DNA of 64,000 bases from Flectonema sp. DT1601 (GCA_964019425.1 OZ025805.1:496001-560000), one strand, 5' to 3'; positions 25,721-38,024 are shown, numbered from the stretch's first letter. The notes: generated by a model not told the origin, from the sequence alone. Numbers and translations: made by a program.

Positions 25721-27644
25721 ATGAAAGGCCATAGATTACTAACTCGAAGGTTATCACCGACTGTTTGTAGATGGAGTAGAAGATGGAACACTTCAGTACC
25801 GGAAACTGAAACCGACTCAGAGAGGAAAGCAAGACTCAGAAGAGACAGTGGTGTAAAAGTCTATACAAAAGGTAAAGAAGAACTCAGAGTTGATGATTTG
25901 AGGAGGAGTTACAGAAAAGGTGAGACTTCAGGAGATCCAGACTTCCACGGGTCGGATGAACAAGTTAACAAATCAGGAGCAATCCTCGCTAGCATTGCTT
26001 TGATGTCATTGGGTTGTACTATGTTAGCTGTTCCTTTATATAAATTATACTGTTCTTCTGCCCCACAAGTTGCTGGTTCTGGGGCATCTACTAAGGCTAA
26101 GTTTGCTGCATCAGTGTTCGAAGATGACAGTAATAAACCTTCTATATCGAGTCTTATTCAGGTCCTCTTTAGAGGTTCCTGTGGTACAAAAGATAATCCT
26201 GTTTTGTTTGTTCCTTTACAAACCTCACTTGATTGTCTTATTGGAGAACCAACTCTCGCATTCTTTTCTGTTTATAATCAGACAAAGAAAACTCTTGTTG
26301 GTCTCTCAACTTATAACATCTCACCTCCTGAAGCTGCTCCTTTTTTTAATAAGATTCAATGCTTTTGTTTTGAAGAGCAGCGAATCAAACCTCACGAACT
26401 GATTGAGATGCCGGTATTCTTCTTTATTGATAAAGAGTTTCTTGACGTATGTTCTTTTTTTTTTTTTTTTTTCAATTTCTTATATTTTTAATAATTCGCT
26501 TTCAATCACAAAATGCACCTGAGAAAGAAGTATAAGTTAAGAATGAAAGTAAAGGCAAACACTCCACAACAAGGAAGTATCTACACTGTGAAGGGGTGCA
26601 GATTACTTCTGCGTAGGGGTTGTGTCAGGCCCGATTCGGTTCGACGGGACAGCGGCACTACCACCATGACGCGAGTTAAAGAAAGACCTCAACGCAAGTT
26701 CAACCTTCGCCCTCGTTCCATGTGAGACTTCCTCTCGAGAAGGAATCAATAAACACTCGTTAAGAATGTGTGAGCGAACACACATCTTTTTTCTAAAAGC
26801 ACCACAGACCGTAGTCAGATGGAAAGATGATCAGCCTTCTTGATACACTTGAGCGTCTGCCCGAGGACGTCAGGTTCAAGAACATTAATATCGGTTCACC
26901 TCGTCCTCACGCCGTTGGATGTTCTGTTCTTGTTGAGTTAGTTGATCTCGCAGTTGGAGTTCTAGTCTCTCTGCTGACTTTTCTTTTTGCATCTCGTCTT
27001 CCTTCTGTTAGAGTCTTTGTTGGAGTTGTACTTATCCAATCTGCTCCTTGAGCTTCTCTTCCTTTGGAGTCCCTGTTTCTGTTTGACTATCTCTCGGCAT
27101 TCAGTTGTTGGTATTCCACAGGTGGTAGGAAAAAAATTGGTTGATTTTTTTGTTGTGTAAGGCATCCAAGTGTACCAGCAGAAAAATACAGCTTGAAAAA
27201 GAAAATCAATCCTGAGCAGCGGTGGAATATACTACTGCGTGAAAAAATTTAGTGCGGTTTTTTTTCCACGCAGTCCAGTTGCAGTAACATATTCTTATTG
27301 TAGTGTGAACATCTCGCGATATCATTTTTCCCCATCAGATTCTGTTCCTACTTTTCTTACTCCAACTACGACTATTAGATAAGAGGCATCTTGGCCTAAA
27401 AAAAAAGTTAGCAGAGAGCACCTCTACCAAACCGCACTAATTTTTCCACGCAGTAATATTTCCAGTAGCAGTATATGAAAAAATTATCGCCGACAGCAAT
27501 TGTTATTTTTTATTTTTCTCTCGGGGCGGTGTTGGTGACAAATTACCTGACGAGAACTTTGGTATTTAAACATAACAACAACAGGACCCTGCTACGGCTC
27601 TTATAAACAGCGTCTTGTTGAACTACACTCTCTTTGTGATGTGA
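25721..27644 (+). CDS. COX11: Cytochrome c oxidase copper chaperone COX11; exons 25721-26446 and 27585-27644
   Basis: AVPLYKLYC TM segment, FNKIQCFCFEEQ copper motif and MPVFFFID. Exon 2 encodes DPATALINSVLLNYTLFVM*, which matches the COX11 C-terminus. Confidence 0.93.
26492..27562 (-). mobile_element. Internally deleted YR-retrotransposon derivative inside the COX11 intron, both termini retained
   Basis: The minus strand starts CCAAAGTTCTCGTCAGGTAATTTGTCACC (like the start of repeat A). It carries decayed RNase H coding (DINVLEPDVLG, MCVRSH..IPSREEVSHGTRAKVE) and ends with a B-like repeat and GAAAGCGAATTA. Confidence 0.85.
27235..27453. mobile_element. MITE-like element, about 26-bp TIRs, flanked by TA
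   Basis: TA-CTGCGTGAAAAAATTTAGTGCGGTTT ... AAACCGCACTAATTTTTCCACGCAG-TA. Confidence 0.65.
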
Positions 27645-28001
27645 GAGAGAGAGAGGAGAGTTGGTTGACACTCCGAATTGTGATTCCGAAGAGGAGTTCC
27701 TGTGATGGAATAACTCAATCCTTTCGGGAGAGGTGGATGGATGTTTTTATTATTATTATTTTTTTCTTTTTTGATTTTTTTTCAATTCCCGTTACGTTGT
27801 CGTACCAAATACAAGTTAAAGACATTCATCGTCTGAACAGTTTGGTTTACATTCTTATTTAACGACGTGATATGATTATTATTATTTGGTTTTCATCTTC
27901 TCTCCCCAACTAGAAGACAGATGATGTGGGTGACCAGGTAAAGGTTTTCTTTTTGGGTAACCGTGTTTATGTTTTTTATTTTTATTCTCTCTCTTCAGAA
28001 T

Positions 28002-28037
<36 letters not shown>

Positions 28038-28064
28038 CACAAAAAAAAAAAAAAAAAAAAGAAA

Positions 28065-31000
28065 ATGATACGAAAAGCGGTGCTTCTTATTATCGCAATC
28101 GTGAACTGCTTTGCTCTGTCTCCAATTGGTAGTCGCGGCACTAGTTCCGAAGAAGGAAATTCAATAGCACTTCATGGAGGAAACGCATATGTGTCTGGGA
28201 AGAGTCCTTTTTTTATAGATGTGAGTAACCCGAGTACTCTTTCATCGAAATCAAAGAATTCCATTCCACTTTCTGATACTTTTGACGTAACCCGTTCGAA
28301 TGGGTTTTTAATATTTGGTGACGACCAGTCAATCAAATCAGTGATCTCAACTCAAGTAAGTAAAACTAAAAGTGTTCCGTACGATTGTACGTCAGTTGCT
28401 TCTGATGGTAGCAGTGCGTTGTTTGCTTTGTTGTTGAAATGCGAGGTTAGGAGATACAGTGTTTCAACAAATGGACAGCTCTCTCAACAAAGTAACATCG
28501 TGATTAATGATAAGTTTGGTTACGACATCGCTGTTGATGGCAATGAGATATTCTTAGCATGTGAGACAGCTACTCACATGGTTGATTTCGGCAGCGGATC
28601 TCCGTCAAAAATCTGGACCATCACAACAGATAAGAAATCACAAGCTGTAGACGTCGATACCACAGGAATCTATGTCGGTGATGAAAAACAAGTTAAAATC
28701 TACAACAGACTGTCATCTGGTACACCTCCTCAAACTGCCATACTAAACGGCTTTGATGACATCAAAGACGTCTTAATCAGGGAGAGTATTCTTTTTGTTG
28801 CTAATAAAGGTTCCCCTGGTTTCAAAGCCTTTGAAGTTACCTCCATCTTCACTACTCCAACATTAATATTCACATTCAGCAGTTGTTCTGAAGGGTATGG
28901 GATAGAAGTGGATGAGAATTATGTTTATTTAATTTGTAAGGAAAATTTTTACATTTTTGATTTCGATGATTTTCGTGTACTGCGAACCCCAACAGCGATG
29001 CCGCCCACTGCGATTCCAACTGCAATCCCGACAGCTGTGCCAACAGCGATCCCGACTGCTGTACCGACTGCTGTTCCGACAGCTGTGCCAACGGCGGTTC
29101 CGACTGCTGTTCCGACAGCTGTGCCAACGGCGGTTCCAACTGCTGTACCGACAGCTGTGCCAACAGCGATACCGACAGCTGTCCCGACTGCTGTACCGAC
29201 TGCAGTGCCAACTGCTGTACCGACTGCTGTTCCGACAGCTGTGCCAACTGCGGTCCCGACTGCAGTGCCAACAGCGGTCCCAACTGCTGTGCCAACGGCG
29301 GTTCCGACTGCGGTCCCGACTGCAGTGCCAACTGCTGTACCGACAGCTGTGCCAACAGCGGTTCCGACTGCTGTTCCGACTGCTGTACCGACAGCGGTCC
29401 CAACTGCTGTACCGACAGCTGTGCCAACAGCGATTCCGACAGCTGTGCCAACAGCGGTTCCGACTGCTGTTCCGACTGCTGTACCGACAGCGGTCCCAAC
29501 TGCTGTACCGACAGCTGTGCCAACAGCGGTCCCGACTGCTGTACCGACTGCTGTTCCGACTGCAGTGCCAACAGCGGTCCCAACTGCTGTGCCAACGGCG
29601 GTTCCGACTGCTGTTCCGACTGCAGTGCCAACTGCTGTACCGACTGCTGTTCCGACAGCTGTGCCAACTGCGGTCCCGACTGCTGTACCGACAGCTGTGC
29701 CAACAGCGGTTCCGACTGCTGTTCCGACTGCAGTGCCAACTGCTGTTCCGACAGCGGTCCCAACTGCTGTACCGACAGCTGTGCCAACAGCGATACCGAC
29801 AGCTGTCCCGACTGCTGTTCCGACTGCTGTGCCAACGGCGGTTCCGACTGCTGTACCGACAGCTGTGCCAACTGCGGTCCCGACTGCAGTGCCAACTGCT
29901 GTACCGACTGCAGTGCCAACTGCTGTACCGACAGCTGTGCCAACAGCGGTTCCGACTGCTGTTCCGACAGCTGTGCCAACTGCGGTCCCGACTGCAGTGC
30001 CAACTGCTGTACCGACTGCAGTGCCAACTGCTGTACCGACAGCTGTGCCAACAGCGATACCGACAGCTGTCCCGACTGCTGTTCCGACTGCTGTGCCAAC
30101 GGCGGTTCCGACTGCTGTACCGACAGCTGTGCCAACTGCGGTCCCGACTGCAGTGCCAACTGCTGTACCGACTGCAGTGCCAACTGCTGTACCGACAGCT
30201 GTGCCAACTGCGGTCCCGACTGCAGTGCCAACTGCTGTACCGACTGCAGTGCCAACTGCTGTACCGACAGCTGTGCCAACAGCGGTTCCGACTGCTGTTC
30301 CGACAGCTGTGCCAACTGCGGTCCCGACTGCAGTGCCAACTGCTGTACCGACAGCTGTGCCAACAGCGGTCCCAACTGCTGTACCGACAGCTGTGCCAAC
30401 GGCGGTCCCGACTGCAGTGCCAACTGCTGTTCCGACAGCTGTGCCAACTGCGGTCCCGACTGCTGTACCGACAGCTGTGCCAACAGCGGTTCCGACTGCT
30501 GTACCGACAGCGATTCCGACTGCTGTTCCGACAGCTGTGCCAACAGCGGTCCCAACTGCTGTACCGACAGCTGTGCCAACGGCGGTCCCGACTGCTGTGC
30601 CAACAGCGATACCGACAGCTGTCCCGACTGCTGTACCGACTGCTCTGCCAACGGCGGTCCCGACTGCGATCCCGACTGCTGTACCGACAGCTGTGCCAAC
30701 TGCGATCCCGACTGCTGTGCCAACGGCGGTCCCAACTGCTGTACCGACAGCTGTTCCAACAGTTGTGCCAACGTCGATTCCAACTGCGTTACCGACAGCT
30801 GTGCCAACATCTCCACGGTCATCACCGACTGCGACTCCGCGGCCATCACCAACTCCACAGCCATCACCAACTCCACAGCCATCACTAACTGTTGCTACTC
30901 CACGACCACCAACCGTTGCGACTCCACAGCCATCACCAACTGCGACTTCAACTGCGACTCCACAGCCATCACCAACTGCGCCTCCAACTGCGACTCCACA

Positions 31001-34000
31001 GCCATCACCAACTGCGACTCCAACTGCGACTCCACAGCCATCACCAACTGCGCCTCCAACTGCGACTCCACGGCCATCACCAACTGTTGCGGCGCCTCCT
31101 ATTAGTCAGCCGCCTCCTGTTGTGATGCCTTCAGTACCTTCGACAGCATCACCTGCTCCTCAGACATTTGAAGTACTCGACTGTTATCCCAACCCTTGTG
31201 AAAATAATGGAATCTGTGAAGATCAACCAACTGGTTTTAGTTGTAAATGTCAACAAGGATACGGAGGAACAATTTGTCAAGAACGTCCACTGACTGTGGG
31301 GTCATTTGGTATTGCTAGAGTTGGAAGGAAGGTGTTCGTTCCGTCATCAGAGTTTGAGATCCTTCTCGAAGACGATGATGTCTCTTGTGATTCGAGTGCT
31401 TCTATTTTAATTATAAACAACAAGACGGATATGGAAACCCGTCCTGGAGTTTGGTATCGCATCGCCAAGCGACAATCACTTTCAACTACTCGCACGGCAT
31501 GCGGTTCTGTTGTTATTATTTGGACTGAAACAAAACTTTTATTCAACACAGACGTCCCTGGTAGTTGCAATGTAATAATCCCAAATTGGAACATATCAGA
31601 ACGAGACAACATCCACTACGTCGTATTAGTCGATGGTAGGATGTGGTATTCCGGATTGAATCGAAATATAGTAATCGCTCCGTTATCAGCAGGAATCCAT
31701 TTGATCACTCTGACGGTGGAATTTAAGTCAAATGAAGACTTACCAACAAACCAATACGCGATACAAGTATGGGGAACTGCTTCAGCAGTTAAGATCCCAA
31801 TGTTGAATTCACTTGGTGACGATTCGATCTATTCTCTTACTGAGATGGTATTCCAGGCAACTCAATCATCATTTCCTGGTGAGAGAACCACAGTTATCAA
31901 AGAAGGAGCTGCTTTACTTCAAAATATCGTAACCGCGACTACAGTTCTGTCTCCTTTCAGTATTGATACACTTTTAGATAGCGTCACATCACTTCTCACT
32001 GTTACTTCAACAGCTGATCCGTCTCTGTCTTTAGAAGTCTTACAGTCATCTGGTAAAATATCATCACGAGCGTTGAATGAAAAAAAATTTCTCAAGTTCG
32101 ATTCCGGAGGAGATTTGATTGTGAACGTTGCTGTTGATACTTCTGAAGTGTCGATTGCTGGAGCTGCGACTGCTGACTTCGGTGAGATAACGATAATGAC
32201 TTCGAAACCGATTAGTGTTGGTGTTGAAGTTGTTAAATCAATTAGATATCCAGGAAGTGAAAACAACACTGGTCTGGTGACTACTATTCAGATGATAGGA
32301 GCCTTACACACGACTGTTAGGATTACTATTCCTGTTCCGAGAGTCCTTCTCAGACCAACTCCTTGTAGGATGACTTGGAAGAGTTTTGATCCAATCACTG
32401 AGATGTGGATGACACCATCTCATCCTGAAGTTAAATTCAATCGAAGAACTGTTTTTAATTACAACAACAACTCAACTGAAATGACATCCGACAGATGTTT
32501 GCCTTCGACATCTGAAAGAGGTATTTCAAACCTTGAAACTGAAACAGACAACACCATCACTATCGATGTGGTGTTTAAATCATCAGAACAGAAGACGATT
32601 GGAATCTTTACTGACGGGTCTTTATTACCTTCTGAGGATGTTACGTCTTCTGATCAAAACTTTGATATCGATGATGAACCAGACCTCACGAATACCTTTC
32701 CAATTGCTGTAGTACTTTGTGTTCTTATTATCGCTCAAATCAGTTCTGTTTTAGTACATAATTGTTATGTCAGTCGGATTGAAAATCTTCACAGCAATGA
32801 CGAGTATGAACATGAGAACACATCGAGTGTACCAATCGCATGGGCTGATGATGTCAGCGTCAGAAGAAGTTTTCGAAGCTCAATTAGTGTGACGACCCCT
32901 CAGGGGAGTATGACGACACCTCAGGGAGGAGGATGTTCTATTGGTCGTTCACCTGATTCGAGAACTTCAGGTTTGAGAGGATCGCCTTCGATGAGGAGAT
33001 CACAAAATCGATTATTTGAAATGGGAAACAACGCGATGACGTTACCAAACAGTGAGAGTGATATCGAATCGACTATCGCAGGTAGTCCAGCTACTGATCA
33101 TCACCTCCTCGCATCGTTAAGGAATCCTTCCATTAGATCATCAGCTGCATCGATGGGAAGAATAGCAGTCGATATGCTCTCAGACGACGTTTCAGAAACT
33201 TATTCAGAAACTCAAATTGGGAATTCCGCTGTCAAAATCACAACATTAGTCCGAGAATGTCATTGCCGTATTGATTCCATACTCCAGTGGATGTGGTCTT
33301 ATCACTTGTTGCTTTCGTTGTTTATTTCTTCATCAAAGATGTCAATCTTAAACTACAACAGACCAAAAAGAATGGCCGCCTTCACAGTTTTTGTTAACTT
33401 CGCAATTTTCAGTCAGATCGGAGTAATTGAATTGCGAGGAGAAGACGTGAGTTTGGAATTTTCAATTTTCAGTAGCATTGGAAGTGTGTTTGTTGGGATG
33501 ACTTTGGCTGGTTTTTGCCAAGTTGCTTTTCAAAGTAAAATAACAGATTCGAAGCAAAACGATCTTCTTCCGGTTAAGAAGATCGCTTTCACGACGGTTC
33601 ACATCAAATCATATTCCGGTATCGATTGTCAGAGTATGAGGGAAATAGTTATTTCATCATCCTCAACAAATGAAAAAACACTAAAATCCAACGCAAACAC
33701 ATCCAACAAACTGCAACCTGTTTCTCTACCAGTGATGATAGACTCTGACGGCATTCGTAGTACTCCGGTTAGAATACAGCTAAAGGATGAATCTCAAGCC
33801 ACCACTCACGAAGTTGATTTGAATATGGATTTATTAGTTAGGAATTACGGAGCTACGACTCCCGCTGGAGGTCATTTTAGTATCCTGCGGTGGTTTCATT
33901 TGAAAAAAACTGTGGAATCGAATTCCAAGGCGACCCCTGCCATTTTATTGGCCATCGACTTCAACTATCACGTTAATGATATTTCTCCTCGAAATAACAA

Positions 34001-34856
34001 CAAGTTCGATTCCCTCAGAGGCAATTTTTCTGATCGGTTTAGATCTGAAAAAACATTAGCTGTTTGTGTTTGGCTTGTTGGTATTTTGTTGGGAATTGGT
34101 CTTTCAACTGCTGTGTCGCTGTACTCTTATGGTGGAGGTGTAATGATGTTGTTTGTTGTCGTAATGTGTAATTTCATTTTAGCTTCTGATCGTTTTTTTA
34201 GTGAATTAGTTCCGCTGTTTGTTTGCGGATTGCCTGCTGGAGTGCTTGCGATTACTTTGTTTCACTGGTATCAATTATCAACCAGCTGGACATGTGCTCA
34301 CGCTGTATCATCCTGGGCTGTGGGTATGTTGTTGTGGACAACGTCATCTCACAAAACTATAATAAGAATGATCCTTTCCGTAATATTTGTGTTGCTTTGG
34401 GGGACCCAATTGGCTCTTGTATTGCATTTTCACGATTCGCTTAAAAAGAATAGCAACGTGCCATCAGTTGGCAAGTTCGATTCCGTGTGGATGCCCATAT
34501 TATTGTCAATTCTTGGGATAATATTGACATTGAGATATTGGATGTCAATCTGTTCAGGGAGGCTACCTCTAGAAATACCTTCTTTCATCTATAAGTTTGG
34601 TTGGTTTGTTTGTTTTGCTGGGTTTGTTATTGTTGCTGTGGCAGCTTTGATTCTCCCATACTGGTCTAATGCTCAATGTGATGGATTACTGCGTGGGATG
34701 GGTTTGGTTATGGTTGTCACACTAGTGGTGGCTGAACCTCTCAAACAAATTGTTTTCTATTCCAATTCCCCAGCTGGTGATCACAATTCTGTTGCGTCTG
34801 CTTTGGGTGTCTTCTCCGAGGTAATCGGGTTGTCTTACGTGGTTCTGAATTTTTAA
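28065..34856 (+). CDS. Giant surface membrane protein: signal peptide, beta-propeller-like N-terminus, about 150 PTAV repeats, EGF domain, multi-pass C-terminal region
   Basis: 2263-aa uninterrupted ORF. EGF motif CYPNPCENNGICEDQPTGFSCKCQQGYGGTIC. Many C-terminal hydrophobic helices. Confidence 0.88.
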   Translation: MIRKAVLLIIAIVNCFALSPIGSRGTSSEEGNSIALHGGNAYVSGKSPFFIDVSNPSTLSSKSKNSIPLSDTFDVTRSNGFLIFGDDQSIKSVISTQVSKTKSVPYDCTSVASDGSSALFALLLKCEVRRYSVSTNGQLSQQSNIVINDKFGYDIAVDGNEIFLACETATHMVDFGSGSPSKIWTITTDKKSQAVDVDTTGIYVGDEKQVKIYNRLSSGTPPQTAILNGFDDIKDVLIRESILFVANKGSPGFKAFEVTSIFTTPTLIFTFSSCSEGYGIEVDENYVYLICKENFYIFDFDDFRVLRTPTAMPPTAIPTAIPTAVPTAIPTAVPTAVPTAVPTAVPTAVPTAVPTAVPTAVPTAVPTAIPTAVPTAVPTAVPTAVPTAVPTAVPTAVPTAVPTAVPTAVPTAVPTAVPTAVPTAVPTAVPTAVPTAVPTAVPTAVPTAVPTAVPTAIPTAVPTAVPTAVPTAVPTAVPTAVPTAVPTAVPTAVPTAVPTAVPTAVPTAVPTAVPTAVPTAVPTAVPTAVPTAVPTAVPTAVPTAVPTAVPTAVPTAVPTAVPTAVPTAVPTAVPTAIPTAVPTAVPTAVPTAVPTAVPTAVPTAVPTAVPTAVPTAVPTAVPTAVPTAVPTAVPTAVPTAVPTAVPTAVPTAVPTAVPTAVPTAIPTAVPTAVPTAVPTAVPTAVPTAVPTAVPTAVPTAVPTAVPTAVPTAVPTAVPTAVPTAVPTAVPTAVPTAVPTAVPTAVPTAVPTAVPTAVPTAVPTAVPTAVPTAVPTAVPTAVPTAVPTAVPTAVPTAVPTAVPTAVPTAVPTAVPTAIPTAVPTAVPTAVPTAVPTAVPTAVPTAVPTAIPTAVPTAVPTALPTAVPTAIPTAVPTAVPTAIPTAVPTAVPTAVPTAVPTVVPTSIPTALPTAVPTSPRSSPTATPRPSPTPQPSPTPQPSLTVATPRPPTVATPQPSPTATSTATPQPSPTAPPTATPQPSPTATPTATPQPSPTAPPTATPRPSPTVAAPPISQPPPVVMPSVPSTASPAPQTFEVLDCYPNPCENNGICEDQPTGFSCKCQQGYGGTICQERPLTVGSFGIARVGRKVFVPSSEFEILLEDDDVSCDSSASILIINNKTDMETRPGVWYRIAKRQSLSTTRTACGSVVIIWTETKLLFNTDVPGSCNVIIPNWNISERDNIHYVVLVDGRMWYSGLNRNIVIAPLSAGIHLITLTVEFKSNEDLPTNQYAIQVWGTASAVKIPMLNSLGDDSIYSLTEMVFQATQSSFPGERTTVIKEGAALLQNIVTATTVLSPFSIDTLLDSVTSLLTVTSTADPSLSLEVLQSSGKISSRALNEKKFLKFDSGGDLIVNVAVDTSEVSIAGAATADFGEITIMTSKPISVGVEVVKSIRYPGSENNTGLVTTIQMIGALHTTVRITIPVPRVLLRPTPCRMTWKSFDPITEMWMTPSHPEVKFNRRTVFNYNNNSTEMTSDRCLPSTSERGISNLETETDNTITIDVVFKSSEQKTIGIFTDGSLLPSEDVTSSDQNFDIDDEPDLTNTFPIAVVLCVLIIAQISSVLVHNCYVSRIENLHSNDEYEHENTSSVPIAWADDVSVRRSFRSSISVTTPQGSMTTPQGGGCSIGRSPDSRTSGLRGSPSMRRSQNRLFEMGNNAMTLPNSESDIESTIAGSPATDHHLLASLRNPSIRSSAASMGRIAVDMLSDDVSETYSETQIGNSAVKITTLVRECHCRIDSILQWMWSYHLLLSLFISSSKMSILNYNRPKRMAAFTVFVNFAIFSQIGVIELRGEDVSLEFSIFSSIGSVFVGMTLAGFCQVAFQSKITDSKQNDLLPVKKIAFTTVHIKSYSGIDCQSMREIVISSSSTNEKTLKSNANTSNKLQPVSLPVMIDSDGIRSTPVRIQLKDESQATTHEVDLNMDLLVRNYGATTPAGGHFSILRWFHLKKTVESNSKATPAILLAIDFNYHVNDISPRNNNKFDSLRGNFSDRFRSEKTLAVCVWLVGILLGIGLSTAVSLYSYGGGVMMLFVVVMCNFILASDRFFSELVPLFVCGLPAGVLAITLFHWYQLSTSWTCAHAVSSWAVGMLLWTTSSHKTIIRMILSVIFVLLWGTQLALVLHFHDSLKKNSNVPSVGKFDSVWMPILLSILGIILTLRYWMSICSGRLPLEIPSFIYKFGWFVCFAGFVIVAVAALILPYWSNAQCDGLLRGMGLVMVVTLVVAEPLKQIVFYSNSPAGDHNSVASALGVFSEVIGLSYVVLNF
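28988..31085 (+). repeat. Coding tandem repeat: 12-bp PTAV units followed by PQPSPTA(T/P) units
   Basis: CCNACNGCNGTN repeats with synonymous variation, and a higher-order 264-nt duplication (29787 vs 30051). Confidence 0.97.
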
Positions 34857-37800
34857 AGTTTTTTTTTTTTTTTTTCTTCTGTTTCCCAACTTACTGCTTA
34901 GTGTCTTGTTACCCACATAATAATCACTTCAAGATCGAAGCCTTCGTTCGTTATGTTTGCCCTGTTTAAAATATTTCTCTATAATAGTATATGTAGTTAA
35001 TAAGTCAGAAAACAAAAACTTAAGTTGATTCCCCTCTTTTTGTGGTCTCACAGGTGTTTACTCGACAACCTCCTTCAAATTCAGATTTAAATAAAATAAA
35101 CTGATATTTCTAATGGTCCTTTGCCGATTAGGATTATTGTCTGCGATCAAAGAAGAAACGGAACTACTCTTGAGATGGTTTTTTCTTTTTTTATACCATT
35201 GATTTGAAAAGTGTTGTTTAATATTGATCATTCCCTTTCTTTTCTTTTCTGTTTTTCTTTTTTGAGTTTAGTAATTTAATATAACCTTACTACTGGTACT
35301 ACTATGTTCGATATTCGTTCTGTTTTTTTTTTTTTTTTTTGTCTCAACTTCATCTCAAAGTGAATGTTAGTACTTCCCTTCTCAAGTTTGTGCAACCAAA
35401 TATGAGGAAGTTTTTTTTTTTTTTTTTTTTTTCAGATTGAGAGCCGATTTTCTTGGTGATGCTTGTTCTTCTCTCCATCCTCCCCTTCATCAAGTTTTAC
35501 CTCCCCCCTGTGCGGTTAGTTTTTTTTATTGTTTTTTTCGGGCAGCAAATAATTTTAAGGCTCACTCTGAATTTTAGTTTTTTTTTGTTTCTAATCTGCT
35601 CAAATACGATTGGCTTTTTAGGGAAAACTCCTATTTTCTACACGAAGTAAAAATAACGAATTTCAGGCCAAATCATCACATCCAAAATGACTGTTTGTGT
35701 GGACACGAAGCACAAACCTTTTTGTCATACGGAAGTGAAGAGTTTTTATGACCTTCTTGGGCTTCGGTACAGGTTTCTTGGACTTTTTTTTTCTCCGAAT
35801 TATTGGGCTTTCATCCTTTACGGATTCATGTTTAAGCTGAACAATACTTTAGTATCAGTGTCAGGGATCCCCGTACCTGTGATAAGATCTTTCACCTTTG
35901 GCAGCTGTGCAACTCCCTCTTCACCATCTATGTAAGAAATTCAGTCCCTTCTGTATTGCCCCAAAAAGAACGTTTTTTTTTTTTTGCAGCAAACTTTGTG
36001 TTGCGATCCGTGTTTTTTTGAAAAAAAAACTTTTGTGTGGACATAGAAGTTTTCCCAAAAAAAAAAAAAAAAAAATATTATCAAAGCAAGTCGAAACGTT
36101 GGATTAAATAACTCATATTATTACCCTGACTGAGTTTCTTTTTTTTTTTTTTTTTTTTTAAATAAACTTTTGTTTGTACCGCAGCGTTGGGAATACCCGA
36201 AGAGTTGTATTCTCTTTGAGAGTTTACCTGATTTGGTACTATCGGTGACCTGTTTGAGTTCACCAAACTAATTATCTCGTCTTTCTTGATCTCAGTTTCT
36301 AGTTTAGAGGAAGACATCTTTTCTTAAATAAAAAGCAGCCTGTCCTCTTAATTATAACTATTAATTTATTTTATCTAAAACTCAATTTTCTTTTTTTTTT
36401 TTTTTTTTTTTTTTTTCTTTGGAAGCAAACCTTTTTTTTCCAAAAAAAAAAAAAAAAAAAAAAAAAGAGAGTTGTGCAAAGATTCCTCTTATTTCATTCT
36501 TTCCTCGGATTTTTTTTTCCGTTCATTTATTTTTTTTAATGCATCGATGAAGACGTAGGAGGAAACTATTTCAGATTAAGGAGCCGTTTATTTATTATGG
36601 TCAACTTGGCGTCTCAAACACTGTCTGTTTGTGCAGCCGGTGGTTTAGGTAGTCGTCTGGTTCAGGTTGTTCTACGGCTGTTATCGTCAGAGAGTCTCGT
36701 GGTTGGATTTTTTGTTTGCGATCACTAAAAAAATAAGGCTTTTTTATCTGAATGGTTTTTTGTTTTTGTTTTTTGTTTTGTTTATTATTACCCGCAGCGC
36801 GCATGTTGTTGCAGTTGTGAAGTTTTGAGAAGCGACTTTTTTTTTTAGACCTCGTCGTGCCAACGTCTTGATGCGGGTACTCAGTAAACAAGAAAGCTGG
36901 CATTTTATCTATTTTACCTTTTCCAATTGAACTCTCCTTGGAGAATGTGGTTACGTTACTCTATAGAAGCAGTTCATTTATTTTATTTATTGTTTTGATT
37001 CTTTTTGTTCTCCTCCAACAATTCTAAAGCAAATATTACTGCTGCAGAGAAAGTAGTTAAAAATGCAACTACAGTCAGCCGGGTCTTTTGATGAAGCCCC
37101 CGGCTGAGGGGAAGGCATGAGAGACCAGCAGTGAAGCAAGACTTCCTTATCAATATCTGTCTATTTCCTTTTTTTATATTTTGAATTAGTGCGCATTCTC
37201 TTATAATAATTTCTTGTGTTTTTTTATCGATCTATCCTCCGTAGTCGTTTAGTGCGGATAACTTCTACGGATGTTGTTTTTGTTATATAACTTATGATAT
37301 GACGAAGTGATGGAGTCTCTCTCTTCTTATGTGTGAGAGTCATCATGGTTGTGAATAATAACTAGCATTCCTCCCGGAATAAAGAAATAATGGAAACAGT
37401 TGTCTGTATCGAAGGTTTTTTTTTTTTTTTTAAATAAATTCCTTCGATGGTGGACGTTGGATGTCAAATGTCGACTCTTCTTTTTCAGATTGTTCCCACC
37501 AACAGGGATGGAAGACTCTGTCCTCGGAACGTTGTCCTCGCGCGATATTTATTTTCTTCTCCTTCTCTTTCTCATATAGTCCGGTACAGTTAAGACCTAA
37601 AACTGACTGTCTCATCAGTGCTTTCTCACAGATTGGTATAGTTACTCCTGTTGTTGTTTTAAAGCCTTCACGAAATGAAAGGTTTTCTTTTTTTGGGGGA
37701 GTCCCCCTCCCGCGGGATCTACTTTTTCTTTTTGGGAGACGATCCTCCCGTCAAATAGTTGTTTTCATTAGTTTTGGTATTAGTTAGTCTTCGTCACCTA

Positions 37801-38024
37801 TTCGGTTAGTACTCCGTGCGAGGGGGTCGTTCATAGTTTTAGTTACTTCTGAAACAAAAAAAAAAGAAAAAAAAGGGACATGTCTTTTGGTGCTGCGAAT
37901 GGCGAATTTCCGTACAAGATTGACTTGTAGTAACCAAAAAGAAAAAAAAGAAGAAGAAGTTTTTTCCTGTTTTTTTTCTTTGTGATTATAATGTTGTACT
38001 ACTCTTCAAAAACAGGACAACAAG

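Noticed and set aside
28876..30888. 643-aa and 669-aa alternative-frame and antisense ORFs
   Set aside because: They are shadows of the stop-free 12-bp PTAV repeat.
37074..37107. GC-rich hairpin TCAGCCGGG...CCCGGCTGA
   Set aside because: It is isolated, with no second copy or associated element ends in the window.
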